Shown: piece by piece, positions 46,819 through 60,530 of the stretch
How the letters are laid out: each line of letters starts with the position of its first letter
How positions within the stretch are numbered: position 1 is the first letter of the stretch
DNA from: Chlorokybus atmophyticus
Lineage: Eukaryota > Plantae > Mesostigma and Chlorokybus algae
Assembly (NCBI GenBank): GCA_009103225.1
Contig: RHPI01003389.1
Location: 1 to 64,000 of the forward strand
DNA length: 64,000 bases
Direction of reading: 5' to 3'
Program-made: the position numbers and the translations under genes
The notes under the pieces: model-generated
The model's database searches: none
What the model saw: the letters and a program-made list of their open reading frames with translations, nothing else
Told to the model about the DNA's origin: nothing

Positions 46819-49475
46819 CCCCCCCCCCCCCCCCCCCCCCCTCCTTTATCGCAGCCTCACCACCATAATAAGGGGTGGTGGGTGGTGGGTGGGTCTAGTG
46901 GAGGGGGTTTTCTATTGATCGAGGGGGGCTACTCGGCCATCATATGGTACTCAAAGTACCATACTCTGGCCGTCGTAGGGTGTTTTGGCCTGTTTTACGG
47001 TGTTTTTGCCGATTATAGGGGCCCTGGGCTAGGTGGGTAGGGGGGGTGTATACAAAAAGGGGGAGCTGTGCATGTAACTATAGCCCCCTGCCCAAAAAAC
47101 CATGGGGGGTACACTAACAGGGCGGCTTTAGACCGGGTGAATACGGTAGTTGTGTAGCCCGGTGGTCGACTAGATTTGGTGATGTGTCTGCATGGTTGAC
47201 GTATGATGTTTTGCCACTGCTCACTTTATGTTCTATGTATAAGGGATTGCGTCCTAGCTGCATGATGGTTATTGCTTGCGCATGCTGTAAGGCACAATGT
47301 CTAATGGGGTGGTGGTGTTAGTGGTAGTCGTAGCTAAAGTAGAGCAGAGGAGCCTGGTGGTAAACATGATCATGTTGATGTTTGCATGCATGCTATATGC
47401 TGATGACACTCCTTGCTAGCAAAATGCATGCGCCATTGCACGCCACATTGTATGTACAGACCACCCGCTAGCGACAGAGACGCACAAAAGGCGTCGCTGC
47501 TCCATCCCTCACATGTCATGCATGGTGTGAACTTGCATGTTTAAAACAGCCACGCACTTATCCTGTACACCGTTGCGATGTACCGCGCGCACATACGCAG
47601 CATGTATTCAAATCTTTCTCCTATCGTGCCATGCGTCTGCATCATTACTGGTTGTAAGGTTGTTAAGTCGTTTAGCCAGGGCGTACAGTAAAACTGCGTA
47701 GCGATGAGGGCATGTATCATGGCTCAGTTGCAGTCCTTGGCCTGAGGTACGTGCAGCAAAGCGGGTTTAGCAATGCAAGCATGCCGACTAATTGTAAAAC
47801 AACTATGTTGTGCTTGTGATTATAGCAACATTTGCCTGGTTTGGCGCCCGCTTTACCGAGTCACTATGTTACGCATAGTGAGCGATGTGCTATCACATTT
47901 ATAAGTGATGCGTTGCACCACAAATGCTGGTTGGTGCATATCTGTTGCATACAAGGCGCATGACTCGCTGAGCTGTTGCAGTATAGCTGAGCATTGCAGT
48001 ATATACACTTGCATGAATGCACCCTCGGTCATTAAAGTTAAGCGCTTGTCAGTGCGCTTTTATATTTATATTTTGGAGATGCGAGGCTGTCGCAATGCTG
48101 GCTGGCATTGTTGGCGCTAAACTTCAGCGCCACTTAGTGCATAGTGTCACCTGCTCAAGCTCATATAAACAGAGGGTCCCCCCCCAGTAGTAGCACACGC
48201 AAGCACACGCACCACCACACACACTTCACACAGTACACTCATTCGCTGCCTGACCTTGGCCTTGCTTACGTTGCATCCCTGGTGTTGTATGTGTGAACAA
48301 GATTGCTGCTGCATGTGTGCTCTCCCTCCTCCTTCTCCTCCTCTTGCACTTCACCTGCAAGTGCAGCTGCTGGACATTGCTGCAGCTGTCCATCCCCAGT
48401 CGCGTCAGCACTTTCAAGCTGCGGCACTTGGTAGCCTAGCTTCTTTAGCTACGTAGCTGCTTTGTAATTAGTTGGTGGAGTGCTTGTGCTGTTGCTGGCT
48501 TGGCTGTGCGGTGTGAAAGTGCACGCAACAGTGGCTGTGTGTTTGAAATGCTATACCCTATATGACCATCACGCTCGCCCCGTGCATGACATTGTTGTCA
48601 AGGGTCTGTAGAAGAGAACTTCCATTGATGAATTTTCCGCGCGCGGCTGTGCGCGGCCAGCAAGCCGAGTGGCGAAGCGGCTTTGCTGACCCTTCACTGA
48701 CCAACAGCAACTTCACAAGTTGTGACTCACAACGTGCAGAGCAGCCCGTGATGTCGCTGTCCAAGGTGGTTACCCCGCAGCAGGGAAGTTAGAAGCTAAA
48801 TTGTAGCGACTTGCGCGTTGACCGTGACCGCGCGCCTAGCTGTTTTAGGTGTGACGCGGGGTCACGTCACCCACTGTGTGGTTGTCATCCCCAACACAAC
48901 TCAAGCAACACTGCACCGCTCAACTGCAAGGGCTGCAACGGAATGGCGGGCTCGTAAACTGTATTACGTTTGACAACTGCGCCCGCGGCCTGAGCGCGAG
49001 TTAAACTACATTGACGGGCCAAACTACCGGTTAGTTACCGACGCAGACAGAACTGAATGCGCAATGGTCTGTACGCACGCCATTGAACCAGCTCGCGGTT
49101 CGAACCAAACGGCTTAACCGGGGCTGGTTTTATTTTGGTGCACTGCGTGAATTGGCCGCAGCTCATAAAGCCTGCGGGGGGCGGCGTCATCCTCCTGCGT
49201 GGCGTTGCTGTCGGCGGTGTCAGCGTCATCAGCGGTGGGAGGGCAATTTAAGCTTGGAGTCGCTTGAGGAGCTGTGGAGCAGTGTTTGACAGCTTGCTCG
49301 GCGTCTTTTAGGCGTTGCGTTGCAGCTGGCATTGGGACAATCAGCTCATTGAGCTCACAAAGGCTAATTGCGTCCCTTCCAGTCAGGCTAGGCAAGGGGC
49401 TGAAGCAGCGATAGCGGGAGGGGCTATCAGCATTGCATTGTAATCAATTGAGGTGACTTTACGGAGCTCGTCATC

Positions 49476-51419
49476 ATGGAAGGTGCTGCATTGGCGTCTC
49501 GTGGTGCGGCAGCTGCGGCCCCCAGCCTGACCCGCCTGGGCCAGGCCTCAGCTCGCAACCAGCGCAGGATAGAGCGACCTACCAGGCCAGCTGGAAAGGT
49601 AAAACGACCTGAATTGCCATCCGATTGATGGTTCATCCCCCCAACTGCCGTTACAATCAGGTTGCACGTGTCGCAGCTCCCAGCTGTTCAGCAGCCAATG
49701 TAATGTGATTGCACTCTGTCACTGCTGCCAGTGCGTTTGGGCTGCATCTAGTTGTCGATTACACAATTGCTCAAGCAAACGCCTGTGGCTGCCACAGGGC
49801 GTGCCTGGCTCCGGCTGGAAGCCACTTGCGAGCAGAAGAAGGCGGACAGCAACCACCATGTCAGCAGCCCCCGGTGCTGAGTTCAACAGTAGCAGCATCT
49901 CCATCGCGCCATCACAGCACTACACTGCACCCCTCTCGGTACGTGTTGAGCTCGTTGTTACTTACAGGCTCTAAGTATATTGTCTGTCACACCGCTTGTG
50001 CATCCACCAACCAACTTGTGTCTGCAGCTGGAAACCGAGCCTGGTTGGAGGCTGCAGCAGCTGCTCTTGCAGAATGCGCCAACAACTGACTTCGAGGCAG
50101 TTGTCAGCGACATCCTGGCAGGAATTCAAGTGCAAAAGGATGCTTTGGCTGTCGACACAAGAGCATACCAGGAGAAGCGACGCGAGCAAGCTGACCCGCA
50201 ATCCGAATGGGATCGCGACATGGCTTGGCTCACAAAGTACGCACCTTGACAAGTGGTTGTTGTTGTCCTTGACAGAATGACCAGCACTCAACCTCACATA
50301 ATGTTGCACAGGAAGGTGATATGGTCACGCGCTGTTGAATGCCGTTCCCACCTTGAGGACGTGGTGTACGCCATGATTGTGCAGCGCTTCCGGGATCTTG
50401 GTGTCTGCATGATGCCCTCAATGGCCAGGGTATGATGCCTTCACAGCATTGTGTCACATGTGATTTCTCAACATACGCGCTTAGTTGGGTGATAGCTGAC
50501 ATCGCTGATGGCATTTGCAGGCTCTGCAAGGCTCAGCAAAGGTAAACATATCCTTTGGCGAGGCAAGGTCAGCCCAGCTGGAGTCCATTCACAGCGACGC
50601 TGCGCGAGTCATGTTGGCTGAGCACGTTGCCCGTCTGTTCGACCGACTCAACCCTCCTGCCAACAAAGGCCAAGTCCGTCTGTTGAAGCGCGACGTGGCT
50701 GATGTAAGTGTGTTCGACTCCACCTGGTCTTGAAACATTGTATGAGATGTTACATTGTGTGTGCGTGCATGTGGCAAGCTTGACCTTTGTGATGCTGGCA
50801 GATGTATCGCCAAGCTATCGTTTACGGGTACTTCCTTCGCCGTGTGAGCGCTCGCTACCAAATGGAGATGCAGATGGAGGACGAGGCGCGGGTTGGGTTG
50901 GAAAGACTGTTTGGTCACGAAGCTGTGGTCGTCGAGGGATGCATGCCGCATCCGGAGCTCCAGCTGGACACTGCCACCGCCACCGCGGAGGTCATGACGA
51001 GCTCCGCCGAGGTGTCGACCATCATGGGTGGCACCACCATCATCGATGAGAGCAGCACACCAACCAGCGCCAACGCAACGACTGTGAGCTCCAACGTTGT
51101 GTCATTCTCTGGACGGCGCAGCCTGCAGGAGTACGTGCAGGCGTGCGACAAGTCCATCATCGGGCAGGCGGCTTTCGTCATCACGATGGAGGCTCGTCAT
51201 GTCATTGAGCGTCACATGGTGGCGCTGTTCGGGTTCAAGCCCGACGTCAAGCGCGGCGAGCAAGCCGGTGATCATGAGTCCGTCCACATCGGCTACCCCG
51301 CCTTCAGGCGCATGCAGCTCGAGGCCGTTGCCTTCGGGGCGTACTTGCATCAAGTCGAGGCGCAGGTCGCCCTCGAGGTCCCCATGTCGTACCACTGGCA
51401 GGTCACCGACAGCCGGTGA
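49476..51419 (+). CDS. DUF760 / UV-B-induced protein At3g17800-like, probably plastid-targeted
   Basis: Spliced reading gives LEDVVYAMIVQRFRDLGVCMMP, QLESIHS, YRQAIVYGYFLRRVSARYQME, SLQEYVQ and LEAVAFGAYLHQVE. The N-terminal exons are Ala/Ser/Arg-rich. Confidence 0.85.
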
Positions 51420-52214
51420 AACAACATGACGTCGATGAGGAGGCGGATGATGATGTTGGTTTAACATCATCGACAACCTATCGCTAAACCATTTGTAAAA
51501 TGTAGCTTAGTACGCACGCGCGCGGCGATTGCGCGATGATTCATGTTGCAGCAGGGCCCGGGGCTTTATCATGGTCAGCACGAGGACCTACATACCAACC
51601 ATTCGGCCTCTGCAGCAAATTGTCATTCTTTTCCTGCAGAACCATTAGTCTGTGGGCGTTATCGGTTCAGCCACAATGACAACTGACAAGACAGAATTGA
51701 AAAGGCACCCTGAGGAAGGTGCTTATAGCATTGCGACGGGACACATGTATATTTGGTGGATGATGTGTTATAACAAGTCTATAGTGCATCAGATACTTGC
51801 TCGTGCTCAGCGCATGCATGTCATACTTGGCTGGCACTGCTTGCAATACGTAGCCACTCCAAGCGCAAACACACACGCACCTGTGCTACAATGTCTGCTA
51901 CAGTGGCCATAACACAACATGAGAAGGGAAAACAACACCTCGCCCTTGTGCACAACAGGTAGAGAATCAACACCTCGCTCGAGACGGTTTGTGCGCAAGC
52001 CGAGTTATGCGGCATCAATCAGGCTGGGCCATCGGAATGTGTAAGCAATGCGTCGTGGATTGTGTGTGGATTGTATCCATGAGCTCTGACAGGTGTAAGC
52101 TGAATCGCAGATATTAATCATCCGCAGATAACATAGGAAGCAGCTTTGCGTGCTAGCTTGAAGCACTCAGTACCGGTCCGCAGCAAGAGAGGGGGGGGGG
52201 GGGGGGGGGGGGGG

Positions 52215-52514
52215 NNNNNNNNNNNNNNNNNNNNNNNNNNNNNNNNNNNNNNNNNNNNNNNNNNNNNNNNNNNNNNNNNNNNNNNNNNNNNNNNNNNNNN
52301 NNNNNNNNNNNNNNNNNNNNNNNNNNNNNNNNNNNNNNNNNNNNNNNNNNNNNNNNNNNNNNNNNNNNNNNNNNNNNNNNNNNNNNNNNNNNNNNNNNNN
52401 NNNNNNNNNNNNNNNNNNNNNNNNNNNNNNNNNNNNNNNNNNNNNNNNNNNNNNNNNNNNNNNNNNNNNNNNNNNNNNNNNNNNNNNNNNNNNNNNNNNN
52501 NNNNNNNNNNNNNN
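52215..52514. other. Assembly gap preceded by poly-G
   Basis: N run after G24. Confidence 0.99.
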
Positions 52515-52754
52515 CTCTCACCTCGGGGGGGGCTGAACCGGTTTGATATTACAGTAGCTGAATATGCCTCAGCTGAGGCAAAAATGTCGAAAAGTACAGT
52601 GCTGTAGTCTCTGAGCGTGTCCAAGCTTGCACCGAGGACTACCAGGCCATAAGCTGTATCTGCCATCCTTTGCTGTATGAATGTTGCCGCGTAGTGCCGA
52701 GCACAGAATCGTTGATGTACGTACTATCAGCATAGCAACCAAGCACATCACTCT

Positions 52755-53856
52755 CTAGCCTTCTCTCTTCAGCGGCCTGAGATACTTCCCGTCCATGAGG
52801 AACGCTCCCCCTCGGAACCGCACGGCCCACGTGTCTTTGGGCCTGCGGTCGATGATGCGGCCGGGCTCCCCGACCGAGATCGCCGAGCTCGGACGCAGCA
52901 TCGGCATCGGCTCCGCCGTCTTTAGGAACGGAGGGAGCTCGACGACAACGATAGCGCTACCGACCTGAAGCTCCTCCATGTCACCTGCGGGCGGGCGTGG
53001 TTGGGTGCGGACGCTTTTTCAAAACATGTGAGAGTGCATGCTGGCATGCGTGTGCACATGCACGCACGTGTGCGCGAGCATGAGTGCATGGATCATGCGC
53101 GCATGAGAGTGCATGGAGCATGCGAGCATGCGTGCGTGTGCCCATGCGTGCATGCGTGCGCATGGGCGTGCATGTGTGCGTGTCTCTCTGCGTCTCAGCA
53201 TCAAGCAGCACTGATTAAAGTCTGTGCAACTCCCCTTAGACCAGACATGGACCGCATGTGCAACGAGGCAGGGATCTGATGAATCAATGTGATATTGTGA
53301 TCCCACTGACACAACTTACTTCAGCCTTACGGACTGTCACCAAAGCACACACGCCTCCCATATAGCCATGCCAAGCACTTACACAGGCAACAGCAATCGC
53401 CAACGCAGGTAAAGGACTCGACAGCAGTAAACAAACGAAAGAGCGCAGTGATGGAAAAACGAGAGTACAACCATATAAGTCGTTGCGGTCACTGCAGCAC
53501 ATACACCCGCCCAAAGCAGCAGCAAGTAACGCTCCCCCTTTACCTTCAGCGTTCTGCTGCTGGCTGCTGCTGGCGCAAGCCGCCGTGTCTCGCCAGCGAC
53601 ATGATCGACGCCCAGACCGACGCCTACCCCGACCCAATCCAGCGACGTCATCAAAGACACCTCCAAGAAGGACTGTACCTCTACCACTGCTGCCAGCAGC
53701 TGTGCTGAAAGAGCAGCATGGCGGGCAGCAGCTGGCTGAAACACTGCTGCTGGACCTGGACGTTGATGACCTCGCCGACGACGACGGCGCCGTCCTCAAG
53801 CCTACCGGCAACCTAGAAACACCGCGCAGAGCCACAGCCGTCGCTGGCAGCGCCAT
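52755..53856 (-). CDS. CRR42: DUF3148 protein (plant CRR42 / cyanobacterial SipA-like), plastid-targeted
   Basis: Exon 1 (53856-53544) is a Ser/Arg-rich transit peptide. Exon 2 (52984-52755) reads LQVGSAIVVVELPPFLKTAEPMPMLRP...GRIIDRRPKDTWAVRFRGGAFLMDGKY. Splice phases are compatible. Confidence 0.8.
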
Positions 53857-54275
53857 GACAGCGACCGTCCCGCCGCTTATGTCCACGCCCACACCAACGA
53901 CAACCTTCGGTGAAGTTGCTGCTCACTATCGTCTTGTCATCCTCCGGCGGTGGCGGCGGCGGCGGCGGCGGCGGGGACGTCGTGGATGTCGCTGTTGCTG
54001 TTGGTACAGCTGTGGTTCCCCAGACCCGTATCTATAGCTGGACTCCCAGCTTGGGCTCAGCAGCTCGCAAGCTTCCACGTGGCTTCCCCCCAACAAGAAG
54101 AAGCGTGGCTAGCTGTGCTCAAATTGCTGAGGCAGAGGCGGGTTAGCTGCTTGCAGCTGAGGCAAGCTCAGGCTAGGCTGACACGCCGGAAGTTTAAGCT
54201 CTAGGCAAAATTCGTCTTGCTCTGCTCAAAGGAGCAAGCACAGACATAGAGAGAGACAGAAACAGAGGCACTGTC

Positions 54276-57200
54276 ATGGGTTGGTGGTCGTTGGGACGAC
54301 TGTTGCCAGGTGCGGAGCAGCAGCAGCAGCAGCAGGGGGACGATGCTGCTGCTCCGTTGCTTGAAGGAGGGAAGAAGAGAGGTGGCAGGCGCAAGCACAT
54401 GCCTGTGCATGACCGCCTCACCCTCAGCCCGTGGGATAAGTACTGGAAGCATGGAAGGTATGTGACGCGGGGCTAATTGCGTAAAGCGTGGCAGCAGGTG
54501 TGTGCGTCACGTCCCCTCTCTCACCTTTGCAAGCTTCCACATTTGTTGCTTTGTGCGTGTGCCTTTTTGACCATGGTTGTTGCAACAGTGCACTTCTTGT
54601 GAGGACTAGTCTGTGAAGCCAATTGCACCTGGCATTGACGTAGCAGTACTAACTGCTGATTGTTCCCCCCCCCNNNNNNNNNNNNNNNNNNNNNNNNNNN
54701 NNNNNNNNNNNNNNNNNNNNNNNNNNNNNNNNNNNNNNNNNNNNNNNNNNNNNNNNNNNNNNNNNNNNNNNNNNNNNNNNNNNNCCCCCCCCCCCCCCCC
54801 CCTCCCACACACACACACACACCCCTTTCACCCAAGCACGCACATGGTGGGAACGCATGCCTGCGTAAGCGCCTCACACAAGCGCATGCACACATGCACG
54901 TGCACATGCGCACGTGCTCGGAAGCAAACAAGAAATAGACCAGCGAACAAGAAGTGAAGGCAGTAATGCATGACAATCGTGCAAGCTGTTGTAAGCAAGC
55001 AAGATGTTAGTTCCCCCTCCATGCAGCTGATATTTGGTGCCAGACAACTGTCTGTTAGACAGCACCAAACACCCTGAAGTACTGCTACCAGCATGCCAAC
55101 AGCTCAGTCGCTTAGAAGTGAAAGAATGCATGTGTATCTGAATGTTTGAACATCACTCACTTCTTGCTCGAACAGTTGAGCTTGCAGTAAAAGCCTCTCA
55201 CACCAAGCTACAACAGCAGTTACGCTTGCCTTGCTTCACGGTCTTGTCACTTGCAGGACGCCCGTCAAGTTTATGCTGCAAATAGCTCTCACCATCTTGG
55301 TGTCGCTGCAAGTAGGTTGCTGCACGCACATGCACGCACATGCGCTTAGTATACCCTCTTGATAGTGCACGTACTACGCGTCGTTGACCTGGCCTTGGTC
55401 TTGCAGGTTTCCTGGTTGAACGGCAACGGGTCATACATGGATCGCACACAGGTACGTGTGCATGCATTGCACAGAACGTGAGTTCAACATGTGTACCAGT
55501 GCTATTGCCACGTATCATATCACGCCACACTTGCTACAAACCCACCTTGCGCTGTTCAATTGCCTTTAGCGCTCTCCATTTCAGGCCACCTTGACCCGCA
55601 TGCTTCTCCCTGAGGGCACCCCGCTCTCCCGCAATCAGGGCACCCTCAGCACCTTCGACGATTTTGGCTCCCTGCTGTCTCACGCAGTCGACAGCTACTC
55701 CAACCTCGATCGCTTCGTCGGCTGGTTCAAGCCGGCGGGGTTGGCCAGCATCGTCGTCGAGCCTGTGAAGGGGGGGGGCGGGCCGGGAGTGGCGGAAAAT
55801 GTGACGAGGAAAGAGGTGGTGGGACCGTTTGAGACGGGGGATTATAGAGCACTGAGACAAGCTGTGGCACAGGTGAGTGTTACGTGTGTGTGACAGCTGG
55901 CTTTGAAAACAACATATGCATGTACTTTCTGCATGCGTGTACTTGCTCTTTGCTTGCAGGTCTGTGTGTGACACATGTGTACTTGCATGTGTGCAAACGC
56001 ATGCGCGCGCGTGTGTGTGTGCGCGTGCGTGTGTCTGCGTGTTGGTGTGTGTTTACATGTAAGCACAAACACACAGGCAGACATGTATGTCTTTGCACGA
56101 GTACTTGTGTTGATATGCATTCGTTGCAAGTTTACATGAATACCATGAACACATGACGATGGTCGGACGTGTTGTTTAGGCAAAGTCTGCTACTCTCTCC
56201 ATGACCATCCTCAACCTCGACAGCAAGGCCGGCGTCGCCCCCGCCTGCTGGATGTGGGAGTACAGCGCCTCGTTCGACTTCGCTACTGACCGTTCCGTCA
56301 TCCGCTTCGGCATCGGCTTCGTGTCGCAAATGGCGCGCAAGATGTCGCACTGCACGAGCTACCCGCACGCGCCACTCAAGTGGATGAACAGACTGAGGAT
56401 ATTATCGATGGTCGTGAGCGCCGTCGCGATGTGGTCGCTGGCACTCGTGTCACGACAGATACACAGGCACGTGTGACCCCTTGACATAAACATGTTGTGT
56501 TGGTCGGACTATGTGAGATATTTGGCGTGTACTGAGTGTGGATTGAGTTGTCTGCAGGTCGTACAAGCTATACAGTAAGGCTAAACACTTGTACAGCGGG
56601 GCCAATGCGGGCCGCGGCATCAAACTCCCCGTGTTTTGGGAAGAACTGTCCAGCAGGGTACGTGATGAATGAGTTCCTCCTTTCTTGAACCAGTTGCATG
56701 CGGCACATGTCCCTGTTCCTTGCTGACAACACACACAACTTTGCTGCATGCAAACGACTATCTGCTACCCAGGACAAGCTCCGATTCTTCAACCTGTGGA
56801 GTGTGCTGACCCTGCTGTTTAACATCGCGTGCATCGCCAGCTGCTGCCTGCTTCTGGTGCCATCGCAGCTGTCGGACATCAACCACCACTGGTGAGCTTT
56901 TCTAGGTGTTCTTGTGTGATAAGCGTTTAGGCATATTAAGCAGCGCTTTTTCTTGCCTTCCAAATTGGTGGTGAACATCAGTCACTTGCCTGGTGATGGT
57001 ACAGCAAGTGTTGGCAGTTGCACATGCACATGGTTGTTCCTATTGTTCGGCAGCGGGTTAACAGCTGCTTGTGCAGGTGGGTGCAGTTCACAACGGGAGT
57101 ATCCGTGCTGCTGGGCTGGATAGCCATTGTGCAGGTGCAGAAAATATGTGTGAAGTTTGTATGTTTGCTGACATTCCCTGAGATGCACATGTATTGTTAT

Positions 57201-59792
57201 TTAACAACGCCAACAAGTCGTGCAGTGACATGAGTTGCTGATCACTTATTGTGCAGTACTTTGAATTTGACAAGGAGTTGGCGGTGTTCCTCTCCGCCAT
57301 CGAGATGGGCTGCCCTTACATCTTGCGTCTGATCATCGCGACGGGTCCCGTCTTCATCGGCTACGCCTTTTTCGCCTGGACGATGTTCGGCTCCTTCGCG
57401 GAAGCCTTCATCGATTTCGGTTCCGCGGCGGTGACTCTGTTCTGCATTGCCAACGGCGACAACATACACGACACGTTCGACCAAATGAGCGACGGCAACC
57501 GACTCATCGCGAGGCTGTTCGTGTCAACGTTTGTGATATTCTTCATATACGCAGTGCTCAACGTATTTATATTTGTTATTGAAGATGCGGTACAGAGCAC
57601 CAAAGCACGCGTCATGGCCAAGCAAATGCGCTCATGGTAGATTGATTAACACAACTGTTTCTTTGTGCAGTGTATGTGTGTATGTGTGTGGGTGGGTGTT
57701 TATGTGGGTGTGGGTGTACGTGTGTGGGTGTACATTGTGCTCAATGTGGGTTTGTCGTGCAGGTTCACCAACAACTCTCTTCTCGACGACACTCTCATGC
57801 AGGAGTTGCTAAATCCGTTGAACCGTTCTCCAAATGCGTCGTCATCATCCCACTCCAACCAAGCAATGGATGGCCTCATGCAGAGCCCCGCGCTTGATGC
57901 ACTTGCGGATAGTGCACAGCAAAATGATGGCGAGTTCAATGAGTTCAGTGAAGATGGCATCAACCAAGTTGACCCGGAAGAGGGCAACGCCGGCCTCACG
58001 CACCAGAATGAGGGTGAGAGAGGACGCGAGTACGTGTATGATGCCACGGCTCGTCAGGCCATGACAGGGGAAGGTATGTGTTGTTAGTCGTGTTGTACAG
58101 GTCATCATGTACAAGTGTATGTGCCGGCACGCGTGTGCATCCAGCTGCGTGTGCGTGTGTGTGCGCATGCGCGTGTGTGTGTGTTGATGCAAATGCTTGC
58201 GTGGCCGTCTACTACCTAAGGAAGCACCATGTATAAATCGAATAAGTTGTATGTAACCTTGTTTACAAGCATTGTGATGTGCACAGACGTTCTGCGTGTC
58301 ACGTTATGTATCTGAGCAGGTGCGTCACCGGAAGGTGGGCCGCTACACACCAACTCTTTCGGTAGAGGCCTGCACCCGATGGACGACCTTATATCCCGCA
58401 TGCTGGAGCACGTATTCTACGCGCAGGAGCGCGTGGCCCAACAGCACATGGAGCTGTTCAACAACAAGCTGGAGGTATGTGTGCTACAGTAAACACTTCT
58501 TCCGTCATATTCATCTCTGGTTTCATCTGATCAGAGGTAACCTGTCATCTCCACAGGCCATTCAGCAAGAGCACTTCAGGCGGCTGTCCAAGTCCCAAGA
58601 ACACACCATGGAGGTGCTGGAGAAGCGCCTGCGCGCTCTCACCTCCTCAGGCAGCAACAGCCAGCAACAGCAACAACAGCAGGCGCAAGCCACAGACAGC
58701 ACGGTGCGCACGCACACGCGCTGTGTGATGGAATGACTGCAGGGTGGCACCGCTAGCTGTGTGTACATGTGCAGAGTGTGTATGTGTGCGCTGTGTGAGC
58801 GCGCAGGCGTATCCGCCGGGGCATAGTTAGTACATGGCACCACTGACTGTGTCCATGTGCAAAGTGTGCGTGTTGATTGTTGCGTATGCATGCAGGCGTA
58901 TCCGCGTGGGCGGCAAGCGTGGCAGAAACTGCGCGCGTCAATCAACCCGTCGTGGCCTCTGCCCGCCACGCCTGCGCCCACGCCAACACGGACGCCGACG
59001 CAGAAGAAGCTGTCGCGCACGCCCACATCGTCCTCATCGCGCCCGCCGCTCAGCCCCCTCGACGTGGGATTGGACCGCTCGCTCGCCTCAGCTATGACAC
59101 TGTCTTCCGCGGGAGGCATCAACAGCAGGGGCGAACCCATAGACGATGCAGAGTTGGTAAGTGCAACATGCATGTGAACAAGGGTTAAGTCACTTTGTGC
59201 ATCAGTGGGGTATTGCCAAACCAACAACATGCACACACCACCGTTTTGTGCTCAGCCCTGTGAAGCCACTCAAACTGTGTGCATCTGACTAACTGAACTC
59301 CAGCATTGCTGTTCACTCGTGCTCACATGAGTCACATCACATCCATCGTGCACAAGCTGTTGTGATACAGGTCATCAGCTCTCTAATATGTGACCTTGCG
59401 TGTGCGCGAAGGCGTTCAAGCTGCAAGAGTCGTCTGCAGAGTTTGGCGAAACCTTCCGCAAGCTGCAGCGGTCGGGTGAGTCGTTCTTCCGCGTGGTGCA
59501 GGCGGCAACGGCGGCAGCGGCGGTCTCGGCCTCGGCCTCCGCGATGGCCTCGGCGGTGGCCACGCCCACGCAGACACCACCCCGCAGTGGGTACGCCACG
59601 CCGCGGGACAACAGTAACAAGAACAACAACAACAACAACAATGCCTCGGCTTCCCCGGTGCCTACGCCTGTGCAGTCCCTTGCCTCCGCGCTGTCCGCTC
59701 TCAGCTTAAGCGCGAGTGGGAGCACGCAAGACAATGAACAAGCTAGTGTTGGGGCGGATGATTATACAACAAAGGAGGACAAGCAGGGGTAG
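54276..59792 (+). CDS. Mucolipin (TRPML-type) cation channel
   Basis: LSPWDKYWKHGRTPVKFMLQ..LVSLQ, WEELSSRDKLRFFNLW, GVSVLLGWIAIVQYF, pore helix/filter TLFCIANGDNIHDTF and S6 FIYAVLNVFIFVIEDA, then a long low-complexity C-tail. A gap lies in intron 1. Confidence 0.9.
54674..54784. other. Assembly gap flanked by poly-C (mucolipin intron 1)
   Basis: N run between C9 and C18. Confidence 0.99.
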
Positions 59793-60229
59793 AGAGAGAT
59801 TGTACGAACAGGGTCTTGGCTCGTAACACAGCTGCAGAATTGAGCATCCGCAAAGGATGCTCAATTTTGCAGCTGTGTTGTTGCCGCATAGCCGCATGTA
59901 CACACCATGTCAGGGGTAGATGGGGGAGCGTAGACTTGCAGTCTGTTTTCATGAGCAGTTGACAGTGACTGTACCATAGCATTGCCCGGGCTATGGTACC
60001 AGAGCCAGAGCAAAACCTCATAGCTGATGTCAACACGCCGCTACTACGTGCCGCGCGCAATTCTGTGCGTGCGCGCACTGGTTCATGTGGTCATGTGGGT
60101 GTATCGCTGATGAGTGCCACCCAGATCAGCGTATTTGCATTAGCGAGGGCATTAGACTTGTGAGTGACGCCTGGTTGTTCTGTGCGGATCTTTGCCTACT
60201 GTGGCGTTGAGTATGGCTGCGCACTTTGT

Positions 60230-60320
60230 ACATATATATATATATGTATATATATATACATATATATACATATATAAATATACATATATATACATATATA
60301 TACATATATATATACACATA
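60230..60320. repeat. (TA)n-type AT-rich microsatellite
   Basis: About 90 bp of TA/TACA repeats between the convergent 3' ends of mucolipin and the LYR gene. Confidence 0.95.
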
Positions 60321-60530
60321 TAATACTGACAACTGCAAACAGGTCCAATGCAGATGCGTTTGCGTGTTGGCAATGAGAGAGTAACAGTCACAGATCTATG
60401 ACCTACCCTCTCATATGCACCCCTACGAGAAAACACTACAACACGGCCAAGCTAATGGCCTCTACGCTAGGCTCTCTGGACACGAGTCATGTCACCAGGC
60501 CAAGTTGAACACCAATCTACCACACGCAGC

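Noticed and set aside
48558-49395. Short ORFs and an imperfect hairpin (~49086-49130) upstream of the DUF760 gene
   Set aside because: No family motif or consistent splice path, and the hairpin is short and imperfect.
46655-52550. ACCGGT motif next to gap edges, read as shared transposon ends
   Set aside because: Present at only two of four gaps, and a 6-mer is expected by chance.
56467-56468. Possible GC-AG intron donor in mucolipin (AG|gcacgt)
   Set aside because: Phase tracking to WEELSSRDKLRFFN works only with the GT donor at 56471.
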